Counted from the stretch's first letter, positions 28,714 to 42,399 are shown. The stretch: 64,000 nt of DNA from Tubulanus polymorphus (GCF_964204645.1 NC_134027.1:23956560-24020559), one strand, 5' to 3'. Notes: generated by a model from the letters alone, not told the origin. A program made the numbers and translations.

Positions 28714-28972
28714 TGAATCTGCATACAGTTATTATCTATTGCATGATTAACTAAAACAATGATACCTTTTACAAGTATGCAGTATTTATCGCAACTTGAG
28801 CCAAGTATAACGTTATCTTTAATGCATTAATGACGATGATATTAAAATGTACGTAGCAAAATGTAATCAAATATAGAAATTTAATATAAGATCTCAATAT
28901 CAGAATCAAACTTTTTTGATATATCTTGATTGTAAAATAATTGCGCGATGGGACTCGAACCTGAACCCTATA

Positions 28973-31700
28973 CTGAGACGACATCTTGAGTTCATGAGTT
29001 CCGAGTTCATAATTTCCATAGTTCTCAAGTTCATGAGTTCGTCTAATGAAAAAAAAGCCTGCGATACCAAAACGTCGAATGTAAACACGATGCTCTATCA
29101 AAGACCCACGTCTCAGGCTCAGACGATACTGAACAACCATCGATTAATGGCATGTTGACGGGCGCCTCCGTTCCCCTCTAGCAGCTAGCTCGGGTGGCTC
29201 CGATTTTCTGTGCGCGGGCTAGTGAAGAGGGTGACTCCTAATATCTGGTGACTCTCGATGTGTCTGCTCGGGTTTTAATGACGAAAAAGATAACAAACGC
29301 TATTATAAATTTCTAAACATCTATTTATTTTCTATAAACCATCAAGAAAGCAGATGGCTGATGATAGACTGGTTGCCGGTTGACTTCAGTTATTATTTTT
29401 ATTATTCTTTATTCACGAATTAAATTACACTAGAAAATTACAACAAGATAATATAATAAAATAATGTAATTCAAGTCGATGGACACCAGGAGAAGTTACA
29501 AACTTATATCCATGAAACATGGCCCTGGCGCCCATAGAAATCAAACACACGCACGCACACACACACATGTACACAACCCTGCACCACAACACTCACGCAT
29601 ACGCATACGCATACGCACGCACGCACGCACGCACGCATGCACGCACACACATCCATAATGACAAGTTAAGTTCAGATCGACCTATAAACGCATATTAAAC
29701 AAATGTTAAATTACTATTGACCCGTTAACAGATACTGTTTGAAATTCTTTTTAAATACATAAACATTCTTCGACTGCTTTAAAGTTGAATCGAGTAAATT
29801 CCAAAGTTTTGGACCAGAAACCTTTACCGAAAATTTATTTCTTCGAGTTTGAAATCGAGGGATTTCCATATTGTTTTGGCTACGAGTTTGATAATCGTGG
29901 ATTTCATGTCGAAATTGAAAATAGTTATTAAAAGAATCAGGTAGCATGGATTTGTTATAATTAAACATGAAGCATCCTAACTGTAATTTGTTCATTTCTT
30001 TAATTCTCAGTATTTTCAGTCTTTTAAAGAGTGGATCAGTATGTTCTAAATAATATGAATTTGTTATTATTCGAACCGCACGTTTTTGAAGTAGTAATAA
30101 TGAATCTAAATAGACATTAAAATTTTGAGCCCAAACTATGTTACAATAACTTAAATACGGTTCCACTAAACTAAAATACAATTGAATAAGAGTTTTCTCA
30201 GGTAAAAATCGTTTTAATCTATTTAACATACTGATACTCTTCGATACCTTGCGTTGAACATTATTGATATGATCAATCCATGAAAGTTTATCGTCAATAT
30301 TTATACCCAAAAAATTTGTGCTATGAACTTGATCAATATTAATTCCGCTGATTTGAATCGAAATGTTAAGTGGTAGTTGTGAGCCAAATACCATGCAATG
30401 AGTTTTTGGCAAGTTTAAAGATAATTTGTTAGCGTAAAACCACGTGGCTAGTTTATCAAGTTCACTAGACACGGTCAATGCAAGGTGATGAATATCGGAA
30501 CCGCTCGCAAAGACATTAGTGTCATCTGCAAAAAGCGTAAATTTCAAAATGTTGCTGACATTAACGCAGTCATTTATGTATATTAAAAAAAGTAACGGTC
30601 CCAAAATGGAACCTTGAGGCACACCAGTAGATATATTCAAAAGATGAGACTTACAATTTTCAATTTGAACAGTTTGTTGTCGGTTTTCCAAATAATTTCT
30701 AAACCAGCAAAGTGCGCGACCTTTAATTCCATAAAAATCTAATTTTGACAATAATATTTCATGGTTGACTGTATCAAAGGCTTTAGATAAGTCCAAATAA
30801 ACACCGATAGTGGGATTTTTATTTTCAAGATTATATGAAATTTCATCAATAATTTTGATGACTGCCATGGCAGAGGAGTGATTCTTTCTAAAACCGAATT
30901 GATTTGAATTTATGATAGAAAATTTATCACAATAAGACATTAGTCTGTTGTACACGACTTTTTCAAGAATCTTTGAAAAGCAAGGCAAAATTGAGATAGG
31001 CCGGTAATTATTAAAGTTATCTTTGTCACCACTTTTGTATAAAGGTCGAATTCTAGCGATTTTTAATTTGTCCGGAACAATTCCAGTCTGTAGACTCATG
31101 TTAAAAACATGGCAGAGAGGATCTTTAATTAAGTCAAAAATTTTTTTAGTTACTTTCATGCTAATCTCATCGGTACCCAAACCTTTATTGGAGTCAAAAT
31201 TTTTTACTATATTCATCAGTTCGACTGGTGTTGTTGGGAACAAAAAGAAGTTTTCATTTGGGCTGTTATGCAGGAAATCCTTAAAATTTATATTTGTGCT
31301 AGGGATCTTTTCGGCAAGCTTATTACCGATGTTTACAAAGTACTCATTAAATTTATTAGCAATGTTAACTTTTCCATTTATAGGTGTCCCATTAAGTTTG
31401 AATGCGTCAGGTAATTCTTCCGAGTTTGATGACTTACCAAGAATATTGTTAATAATTTTCCATGTTTGTTTCATATCATTTGACTGCCAGTGCAGAATTG
31501 GACAAAGTCAACCAGTCTTGGTTGATGCGGGACATCATTTTTGTAGTTAATTGATGACGTAAACGGATTTAATATCCTTATAATAGGATTCTTCATGTCG
31601 CGTAATTTCATAGTGTTTTACATGCCCAAATAAACTCGAAATATCATAAACTCTGGAAGTTATGAACTGGGGAACTCATGAACCCAAGGTGTCGTCTCAG
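28973..31700. mobile_element. TIR element hosting a nested LINE
   Basis: CTGAGACGACATCTTGAGTTCATGAGTTCCGAGTTCATAA at 28973 is inverted relative to TTATGAACTGGGGAACTCATGAACCCAAGGTGTCGTCTCAG ending at 31700. Confidence 0.7.
29390..31480 (-). mobile_element. 5'-truncated CR1/L2-group non-LTR retrotransposon, intact reverse transcriptase ORF 29714-31474
   Basis: 586-aa ORF with NYRPISIL, QFGFR, DLSKAFDTV, GVPQGSILGP, FADDT, FLGI. No endonuclease domain. 3'UTR with CA/ACGC microsatellite and an (AAT)-rich tail. Confidence 0.93.
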
Positions 31701-32368
31701 GGCTTCCATACTATACCGACCAGTGGCCGTGGTACCTATCTTCCCTCAGGCTCACGAGTAAAAACGACGGATAAAATCGATAAAACCAGATAGGTGACGC
31801 GGCAGGAGCGGGTCCAGATGAGGGCACGAGGAGCACGTGCTCCATTCGCAATTTTCCTGGGCCTTTTTTTCAAAAGCAACGGCATGATTTTCCAGGGCGC
31901 ATATTTTCCAAGCTTTACCCAGTCCTCGCCGTAGTCCCAACTGAACTTTTCTTAGACTGGTTACCGGTCTATTATATGGAATGGGATAGGCAATGAGTCC
32001 GAATTTTTCTCAATTACCATACGAAGTTCATAATTGCTAAATCGAGTCGATCGAATATGGACCCAATTTTGAAGATTTCTTTACAATATGTAATATTATG
32101 ATATATAATTGAGTTTACACAGGCCTGTTCGGTTTTGGCTTTTTTCTGGTTTGGCTCAAATTGACTGAGATCGTTGCCTCTTCGGCACAAATATTTCCGT
32201 ATAACCGAGGATCCAAAAACATTAACGGCGTCAGCAGTGAGTGGCCGGGAAGTGCATGCATTGAACACAGTCAGGCGCTGCTTGAACGTCGCTCTGAGAA
32301 TCAATATTGCACTCAATACAATACGCCCTACAAAAAACCGCTGTCGTGGCTCTTGCATACCGGTTCTG

Positions 32369-34076
32369 ATGGCGATGTCGGAGTGTACGATACTCTATAC
32401 TACTATTGCGTGTACAATAATACTATGGTTGGTTCTGATTCTGTTCAATTTTCACAAAACGAAGCGAAATAATCAACGTCAACTGAAGGACGCTGTACGC
32501 AAAATCACTGCTACAGGTAGGTATAGTCTTCTGTAGTAGGTTTATCTTCTATAGTAGGTTTATCATCGTGGCCCAGTTCATTCGTAGATCTGTTAATCTC
32601 ACGCGTATAGTGGCAGTATTTAGCTAATGCATCGGGTGATAAGTCTTAATACGGTAGTACCGTGTTTGACTAAGTATTTCCAATTTGTTTTTAGGTAGAT
32701 TCGCTCGTAAACTGGCTTGTCACGAGATCTTGAATTTGAATGAGAACAACTCCTCCGCCGGCCAGTCGTGGGCGATATTCTCGTTTAGCAGCGAACGCGA
32801 ACTACGCGTTTCACTAGTAGAAACGACTGTGCGCCACGTGTACAGACGTCATCCGATGTTACGCGCGAAAATTTCCAAAATCGTCACCGGCAAAAACACC
32901 GCGATGAAATTCATCGAAGAAATGGACGAAGAGACGATAGATTTTCGACAATCGGCCGCGACTGATTATCGGCCGTTGTTAGACGAGGATTTGTTGACGG
33001 TATTCGACGAGAACGGACCTTTATGGAGAATAACGATGCTGAAATCGGTGAAAACAGAAAACCACGACGGTAGAAACAAGTACACGTTCGTGCTGGTCGG
33101 TGTACACATGATCTTTGACGGAATAAGCGTGATCAAATTCATTAACGATTTCCTCGAAATTCTCGGAAAGCTTCTCGTCGATGATTCCGTAACCGAAGTG
33201 GACAGTCAACCATTAAAACCTAGCCGAGATTATTACATGGCGTCTGATATCGAACTGACTATGCGGGATAGAGCGCGGTTCTATTTCGGCGAATTGTTCG
33301 AGCTCTTATGGCCGCGACCTCCGTCGATCGAACTTACTAGGAAACTGAATTACGCGCCGGTGGACGCGGCGAACATGACGCGTACCATCGAGAACATCGA
33401 GATCGACTTCGACGAATCGGAAACTCGAGATTTTTTGGCATCGGCGAAAGCGAATCACTTGCGGATGAACGCTTCGATCATGACAGCGGTGGCTGCGGCT
33501 CTGGCTAAAATGGCGGACGGTAAGATGACAATTCCGCTCCAAGACGTCAACGTGCAAACGATCGCGAATCTCAGGTCTCCGAGAATCTGTTCCGGGATAA
33601 CCGAACGCGACATCGGTGACTATACGTCGTGGGGGTGTTATTACATCAATGTACAAATTCCGGCCGATATCGATCTGGAAAAGTTTTGGCAAGTCGCCAA
33701 GACCACGCAACAAGACGTCGAAAGTCAAGTAAATGACTTGAAGCTCGTTTTCGAGAGTTGCAAGATGGCGAAGATGGATTCCCGAAAACCGATCCGCAAA
33801 AATTTACCGTACGCGATCGATTTAGGATTTTCGAACTGGGGGAGTTTCGACGTGCTTAACAGAGGCGCAAATCCCGCGGCATTTTCAGATCTTAAACTGC
33901 ATTTTTTGTTCAACGCTTTCGAAACTCGGGCGTCGACGGTCGACGTCGTCGCGATAACAATCGACGGCAGACTGTCGTTAAATCTTCAATACCAAACTGA
34001 TGACGTCAGCCGCGATTTTGCCCATAAATACGCGCTTACGATTCGCGAGTCGTTTCGGGATTATTGTCGTGTATGA
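32369..34076 (+). CDS. Membrane-anchored HxxxDG CoA-dependent acyltransferase (condensation-domain/alcohol acetyltransferase/PapA5-like fold), 509 aa, 2 exons
   Basis: Exon 1 32369-32516 (hydrophobic ILYTTIACTIILWLVLILFNF then KTKR; G|GTAGG), exon 2 32695-34076 (TTTTAG|). Motifs RRHPMLRAKI, GPLWR, HMIFDG, NLRS, FSNWG. Confidence 0.82.
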
Positions 34077-35403
34077 AGAAATAGCTTAACACTATTTTGT
34101 CATTTCTGTAGTTAAGTCGCGACCTCTCACCGGCTAACCTAATATCCAGCACCCACACACGCAGAAACGAAAAAGGAATCCGACAAACCACGTAACCCAG
34201 AAAAAACGGTTAGACTGCTGGAAGGAGCGGTCTATCAATCGTATAGCAGGAATCGAATTGACTAGATAAATGACGAAAAGGTGTCGAAATATCTGTTTAA
34301 AGGGGAGCAATCTCGATCACACCTACGCACGTCGACAAGGAGTTCCAGCAAGAACCTTAGTGCCTGATGTAGCACAGAGCCAGCGGGGAACCGCTTTAGT
34401 GAGTTCGAATCTATTGACGAGAAAATATCCTGCGCAGTAGGAATAGCAGATAGGCTATCTGCAGGAAATCGGTTGTAAACCGAGCCAGACTACTTCGAAT
34501 ACAGCTAAAACAATTTCAATCATATATCGTTAAACTGAACTTGAACATTTATTTACATTTTGAAATTATATACATTATACATGTATACTAGTAACTGTAC
34601 AACTACACGTCGCATTTTCAATACAAGGGCACGACCATTGCGACGCAGGCCAACAATGTTTTCACAAAGTCACATGATCCAGATAAAAAACAACAAAACG
34701 ACTATCTTCCTATCCCCAAGTTCAAAAAGTTTTGACTGAAGATTAAAACGTAGAAGATTTGTACCTGACGCTCTGTTGTCGTTAAGTATCCGACATTCTG
34801 TCCTAAAGAAATATTACCTGGTATTAAAATCTTTAAAAACCTTATCGTCGGAAAACAAGCATTATTTCTGTAGTACACAAGTCGGTTGTTGTATCCACAT
34901 TGCTATTCCCATGGATCAGAATCTATCTTCAGTTGGATCTAACATCATGAAAACGGATGCTATACTTGCCACAAGAATGGTTTCCAGATTTTGAAACTCA
35001 TCTGAATTCTGGATTGTTTCGTGGCCGTAATGTCAAAACGTTCCTCAAAAAATGATCCTCGCGACGCGGGTGGCAAAACATCTTCCCCTCCTTCACCAGA
35101 GTTTTTGACCAGGACTGCGGCATAGTATTAGTGCTACCACAAACCAGAGGATACTGACAAATAACTAGATCCTATCGATTTTTATATGTTTTATTTTTGC
35201 CACATATTAAAAATAAATCAAAGACAATACCTTGGTCAAATATCATTGAACCTGGACTTAGTAACATAGATTTTAAAATAACTGATCGTTGAATGTGCCA
35301 AAAGGTTATAATGTTATTAGATCCGCACACAAGTAAAAGGTTTCATTTTCAAATTATCAAAATGGCTGCTGTATATATGCGGAGCTGAGACAGTTACCGG
35401 ACG

Positions 35404-38208
35404 TTATCCAGTTCCCGATTCTGACGCGATTGGTGGATCTGTGACACGAGGAACTTGGCACTTGGCTGCATATGAATACCGTGACTGGTTAAACTTTGCG
35501 AAATCGGCGCTGTTAAACACAGCCGTGTGGTCACCAGACGATTGGCAGATTCGGTTATCCGTAGAACAACATCCGGAGTACTGATCAGTTACCCTACCCA
35601 GATAGCACGTTGAATCCAACAAGTCTTTGTAATAACACGGGAATGCCACAAAATCCATTCTACCGCATCTAAACGAGAAAAAAAACATATTCCAAATAAA
35701 TCGTACTCAGAAAAGACACTACAAGCCCTCCTTAGCTTTAATGGGGTACCGGCAACGCGACTGTTGCAAGCGTAATTCCGCCATTATCCACCAGGTTCGC
35801 GAGTGTAGAGTACGGTACGACGACTTAGGAACTAGTATATTTGAATTTAGGGTCGGGTTCTATATTTTACCTGTGAACAATAAATAGAACGATGACCACA
35901 CTCAAACGTGGTGAACGGATAATAAGATAAAATCCCACTATTTACAGATTAAAAGAATTTAAAAACCAGAATTTATTTATTAAATCTAAAATATTTAAAA
36001 GACACGACGTTTCGATCTCACCCTAGAGCTGATCTCTAGGGTGAGATCGAAACGTCGTGTTTTTTAAATATTTTAGATTTAATAAATAAATTCTGGTTTT
36101 TAAATTCTTTTAATCTGTAAATAGTGGGATTTTATCTTATTACCTGTGAACAAATTTTCAAGCCTTCATTTAGACAGAGCCGATAGAATATGCCCCACTT
36201 GTAATACTCTAGGTGACGAATCGCATTTTCTGTTTGACTGTACCTTACTTAACGAACAACGCAAAAACTTTTTGAATTTGAATACCTTTAATACCCTTGA
36301 TATTCTGAAAAACCCAACGGTCAACTTAGCTAAATTCATTAAGACCGGCTTAGATGTATATAGATCCCTCCAATAGTATATATAGTATTGTAAATAGTTG
36401 ATGTATATATATTTTGTTACGTTTTCATTCTCTAAATTTTAATCACTTCAGTGTTGTTTTGTAAATATTTGTATATACATGTGTAATAGTTTTCCTCCAT
36501 ATACCATGGAAATAGTTGGAGTGTAAATAAATCGTAATCGTAATCGTAATCGTACGACGTCGCCGCTGGATTCCATCTCGATCTAAATTAGAATCTAGCA
36601 ATAATTTCTCACATTCTGTGCATGAAGCACGAAAATATCGTGATAGATGAGCTCTAAAGACTTATCAGACTTTGATTTCAATGCTTGATTTGCCTATTTT
36701 TCGGATTGGAAGACCGAAAATTGAATACGAAGTAACTGAACTATGGAAATGAACTATTTTTGATCGATTTCGTCTGATATCTCAGTGGATATCGACGACT
36801 GATATCTCTGACGAGCTGGTATGCCGGTACCCCATCATTCGATTACAAATTATTACGCGACGAGTTGCCTTTTATAGTTTAACTAGTTTATTAGACGCAC
36901 AAGCTTTCGCTACTAGTGCATAGTGGCTTCATCAAACAGGGATTTCACCAGATAAAGCCACTATGCACTAGAAGCGAACGCTCGTGCTTCAAATAAAATA
37001 GTTTACCTATGAAATACTACTCTTTTCGTTGTATTTATTCTACACCAAGTTAACGCGGCTCCTCGTGCGAAATCAACTCGCAACATTCGCAACGGATGCA
37101 TGTGTATAATATGTAACATGCATGTACAACTAGACAAACAAATTAAATTGAAATTGTGCAATATTTTTGAAAGGCTTACGTTTCACAGGTGACGTCACCA
37201 GCGCGATCTGAGCAGTGACACATCGAGCAGCCTGTCTGATTCTCGTAACGATTGGTAGCGCTGTTGAAACTAGAATCAGGAAACCTATCCGCAGTACAAC
37301 CACCTGAAACATTATGATTCTGAGTCATTTTCTCGTTCATAAAATAGTCAATTACAAGAAATAAGAACATGCCATTCGTTTCATTTAACCGATGAATAAA
37401 TCGACTGTTTGGTGTATTGATTCACTAAAATCAGAAATTTTACATCGTCGGTATAAATTTGCTGCTCTTATCACGCGTTTTTCTTGAATATGGAGAAACG
37501 AATTTGTAAGTTTATTGAACTATCTTCCTAAAATATCGCATTGTAGATTTACAATCATCGTTGTGAATTTCGTTAATAAATGAATAAAATTAATTAATAA
37601 AATCTTGTAAAATTACAAGACGGTTTGTAGTTTTGTGCATTTGCATAGTAAATCAGCAAAACTGATGGATTAAATTGTATAATTGAATGTCTACAAGGAC
37701 ATTTTGTGAAACACAATAGATATCGCAGAAATACACTGAATTTTGTAACAATTTAATTGCAAAACTACAATTATTTCTAACAATGCAGGCAACGGTCACA
37801 AGAGACAGTTGAAAATGGTGTATTTATTCTACGAAGTTAATTAACAAATTATGGAATGAATGTTAGGAACTTTGCTTTTCAATGAACAAAAGATAAACAC
37901 GACTAAAACTGCGGATACTAATTACGCATTGTCATTGCGGAAGCCCCATTAATCTGTATTCTGCTCAAGGCTCAGGCCTGACGCGAGCTACGAGCAATCT
38001 TCTCATGATTGCTCGTAGACACGAGTAACCCGAGCTACCTGTTGGAATGCCTGCCTAACTAGTTGGGACTGGTATGAATCTGCGAGCAATCATCTCAGAG
38101 AGATAGCTCGGACATGCAGTATGAATTAACAGTCTTACCTATTTCTCGACTGATGGCCGCCTCCGAGACACCAGCAAATATCACACAAACCAATACAGCG
38201 AAAAACAT
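35404..38208 (-). CDS. Gene 6 (unit A): secreted 12-Cys VWC/SVWC-like protein (152 aa)
   Basis: Exons 38208-38139 (MFFAVLVCVIFAGVSEAAISREI), 37303-37180, 35668-35404; 459 nt in frame, GT-AG. Confidence 0.88.
35920..36142. repeat. ~109-bp-arm palindrome inserted in unit A only
   Basis: Arms 35920-36028 and 36034-36142 with a 5-nt loop; the insertion is flanked by a direct TTACCTGTGAACAA duplication. Confidence 0.9.
36146..36553 (+). mobile_element. LINE 3' fragment in intron 2 (units A and C; C copy ~49430-49930)
   Basis: RICPTCNTLGDESHFLFDC...KFIKTGL plus a (CGTAAT)n tail; GTACGACG is duplicated around the whole insertion (~35815 and ~36552); empty site in unit B at ~42812. Confidence 0.8.
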
Positions 38209-38477
38209 GATGAAATTCTGTCCACACGTTAGAGTCGACTGACAAAACACAAGAAACCTGGCTGTTTATATCGTATACAGCGGTTTTTTTGAAGTGTTTA
38301 ATTTAATTTTCATAAAGCGAATTCTGTTTGATAGAATGAACAGTGTCTCGATATTTCCGGATCAATGGTACATGAAATCAATAAAAAGAAACTCTGGGAG
38401 CCGAGTTGAAATTTTAAACTGAATTAGTCCCAAGGTCAATTCAACCGACGTTTTGTGGAAAATCTCAACTAAACTGA

Positions 38478-38790
38478 CTGTGGAGCTGGATTCAGAGTCA
38501 AATTGAACCCTCACAACTGTTGAACTTGATCCAGAGTCATATTAGAGCCACATAACTGTGAAACTGGGATTAAAGCCTGATTAGACCCACACGACTGAGA
38601 AACTGGATCCAGAGTCGAATTAAACCCACACAACTGCGGAACTGGATCCAGAGTCAAATTAAACCCACACAACTGCGGAACTGGGATTAAAGCCTAACTA
38701 AACCCACACAACTGTGGAACTGGGATTAAAGTCTAATTAAACACACACAACTGTGAAACTGAGTCCAGAATCAAAATGGATCCAGAGTAT
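38478..38790 (-). repeat. 39-bp minisatellite (~8 units) upstream of gene 6
   Basis: Reverse-complement units AACCCACACAACTGTGGAACTGGATCCAGAG. Confidence 0.9.
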
Positions 38791-40683
38791 GTGGATAATC
38801 TTTTGAAAAAATCAATGAATTTGATATTGTAAAAATTGCTGCAACTAATTCTTCTTCGAAGTGGCCGAAGGTCTACGTTGATATTATGAAAAAGGTTTCA
38901 TATTGTTTATCTCCTCTCTCAGCTTAGTATTCGAACCTGATGGTACTGAGAATGGAGAATTTATAATTTTTGGAATTCATAATTTTGCCGCAAATAGACG
39001 AGGCAGGTAATCGAGGGTGGCTTTACAAGCTGAAACCTTTTCCCAGGTCGAACTTGGGAGGTCTTCGCATTATTTTTTGTACGATCATATATACATTAAC
39101 TGCATGCTTTTTGAAACATTTAGAATCTAGAACATTAGAGACGTGTATATAAGCTATATACGCGTAGGCCTACAACAAAGCAAAACAATTTAATAAAATA
39201 TCTTTTCGCTAAAACAGCTATAATAATATATCAATATGAAGTATGTGAATGTCGCCCCGCTGGTATTTACAATGTTATTGAATATCGTTGCAATTCAAAC
39301 ATTGGATCGAGTGCTCGATTTCTACATGAAATGAATGTCCATAATTCAGGCCACATGAACGCTGTGGCCATAATTCAGGCCATGAACGCTGTGGCCATAA
39401 ATCAGGCGATTTCTAAATGAACGCTGTGACCGTTCAGGACATGTTGGATTAAATACTTTGATATGCTTAACATGCAATCGATCGACAAACCGTTTAAAGT
39501 TTCCTAACATGCAGTGAACAAGGCGTTGGATTGAAATTGGGGGGCGGGGGTCAACTTTCCTAGTGAAGGTGGCATTTTATCCGTACACTGTGAAAAATTG
39601 TTACGGAAGTTTCCGTTTTATTTTCCCAAACATACCATCGACAATTTAGCTATCATGCTGCAGCCGATGAACGCTGCAGCAGATGAACCGGAGACATTTC
39701 CGTCGAGCCACGGAAAAATTCGACGTATTCACGTAAAATTCCGACGAATCACGGATAATTCCTGCCAGCGATGGATTTTTACCGCATAAACCGTTAAAAA
39801 ATCGGAAACTTTCCGTTTCATTTTCCACAACATAATTTTGAATTATTATGTGCTCTCAGATGCAATATGGGGCCATATTCTACTTCAATTTCTATTCAAA
39901 CACGACCGGCTCAACTACATGGATAATTTAACCTTATTTTACCGTACTGCAGTAAACAGCAATTTCAATTTCAATTTCAATTTATTCATCATAAATCCAA
40001 AGTATAAGATTGTGAATGAAGAAGAACAACAATAACAACAAACAGACAAAGAACAAAAAGGATGTGCAACAAAAGAAAAGAAAAAGGAGAGAGAAGTAAT
40101 ACAATGTTTATATATACATACAACATTATTTAAGTGATATTTACAAGGGTAAGCCCATAATATATAAATTTCGCGATATTTAGGAAGATTGGTTTACGTA
40201 TGCACCTTCGCAACCCACGCTATTTACTTACATAGAAGTAACAAAGGGGGCCTACAAAAACACCATCGATCTATGATGATTGATAAAACACTATACCCGT
40301 GTTGAAGCTGAATAGAGAGAATCCCACGATAATAACTAAAAAACACAGTCCGAAAATGTAACTGAAGCTAGTAGTTTATTCAACGTTTCTATAACGTAGG
40401 ACGATTGTATACAGTTCTTAGGAATGAGGAAAGTTGCAGCCATTGCGTCGACCAATCAGTCCATTCACTCATTTACAGCTCACTAATTATTGAAACCATT
40501 TTTTCTTTCGCTAGTCACTCCAATTCTACACTAACGTTGTTAATGCTTACAAATATTTGATATGCGTTAGTGATTTAACAAAGGCTTAAAAGTGCTGACT
40601 TTTTAGTTACGACCTTAAAAAGTGCTTATATTCCACAGAAATATTAAAAAGTATCAAATTCATAATTATTTTTCTGACATTAT

Positions 40684-40815
40684 GCGATAACAATCGACGG
40701 CAGACTGTCGTTAAATCTTCAATACCAAACTGATGACGTCAGCCGGGATTTTTCCCATAAATACGCGCTTACGATTCGCGAGTCGTTTCGGGATTATTGC
40801 CGAGTATACGAAGAA
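40684..40815 (+). pseudogene. Duplicated 3' fragment of the acyltransferase gene (second copy 47299-47430)
   Basis: Copy of 33951-34076 (AITIDGRLSLNLQYQTDDVSRDF...) with no upstream coding sequence. Confidence 0.85.
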
Positions 40816-42399
40816 ATAGCTTAACACTATTTTGTCATTTCTGTAGTTAAGTCGCGGCCTCTCACCGGCTAACCTAATATCCAGCACCCACACAGGCCTG
40901 TCGCAGAAACGAAAAAGGAATCCGACAAACCACGTAACCCAGAAAAAACGGTTAGACTGCTGGAAGAAGCGGTCTATCAATCGTAAAGCAAGAATCGAAT
41001 TGACTAGATAAATAACGAAAAGATGTCGAAATATCTGTTTAAAGGGGAGCAATCTCGATCACACCTACGCACGTCGACAAGGAGTTTCAGCAAGAACCTT
41101 AGTGCCTGATGTAGCATCAGAGTACACTATGATCGTAGAGCAACGGCGATCACTGTCCACTACAGGACTGGGTGAACCAGGAGTAAGCCAACGCAGTGAC
41201 GGAAGTGACGACAATCTCGTAGAATCTGGCGAATTGTACTTAATGAATAAAGTTGATTCGTAAATATGTATACTGCCTGTTTCAATTGAAGAACCAGTGC
41301 TTTCGTGGGGCATGGTCCGCTGCATCGATTGTCTCTACGCAGTCATCATCTCTTGCAAGGGGTCCGGTATCTCCCCGAGCCAGCGGCGAACCGCTTAAGC
41401 GAGTTCGAATCCATTGACGAGAAAATATCCTGCGCAGTAGGAATAGCAGATAGGCTATCTGCAGGAAATCGGTTGTAAACCGAACCAGACTACTTCGAAT
41501 ACAGCTAAAACAATTTCAATCATATCGTTAAACTGAACTTGAACATTTATTTACATTTTGAAATTATATACATTATACATGTATACTAGTAACTGTACAA
41601 CCACACGTCGCATTTTCAATACAAGGGCATGACCATTGCGACGCAGGCCAACAATGTTTTCACAAAGTCACATAATCCAGATAAAAACAACAAAACGACT
41701 ATCTTCCTATCCCCAAGTTCAAAAAGTTTTGACTGAAGATTAAAACGTAGAAGACGTACGCTGACGCTCTGTTGTCGTTAAGTATCCGACATTCTGTCCT
41801 AAGGAAATATTACCTGGTATTAAAATCTTTAAAAACCTTATCGTCGGAAAACAAGCATTATTTCTGTAGTACACAAGTCGGTTGTTGTATCCACATTGCT
41901 ATTCCCATGGATCAGAATCTATCTTCAGTTGGATCTAACATCATGAAAACGGATGCTATACTTGCCACAAGAATGGTTTCCAGATTTTGAAACTCATCTG
42001 AATTCTGGATTGTTCCGTGGCCGTAATGTCAAAACGTTCCTCAAAAAATGATCCTCGCGACGCGGGTGGCAAAACATCTTCCCCTCCTTCACCAGAGTTT
42101 TGGACCAGGACTGCGGCATAGTATTAGTGCTACCACAAACCAGAGGATACTGACAAATAACTAGATCCTATCGATTTTTATATGTTTTATTTTTGCCACA
42201 TATTCAAAATAAATCAAAGACAATACCTTGGTCAAATATAATTGAACCTGGACTTAGTAACATAGATTCTAAAATAACTGATCGTTGAATGTGCCAAAAG
42301 GTTATAATGTTATTAGATCCGCACACAAGTAAAAGGTTTCATTTTCAAATTATCAAAATGGCTGCTGTATATATGCGGAGCTGAGACAGTTACCGGACG

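Noticed and set aside
31023-31550. 175-aa plus-strand ORF, and antisense ORFs over the GPCRs and acyltransferase
   Set aside because: Shadow ORFs opposite real coding sequence.
40711-41325. ORFs repeated identically at 47326-47940
   Set aside because: Identity reflects the recent segmental triplication, not coding constraint; no recognisable motifs.
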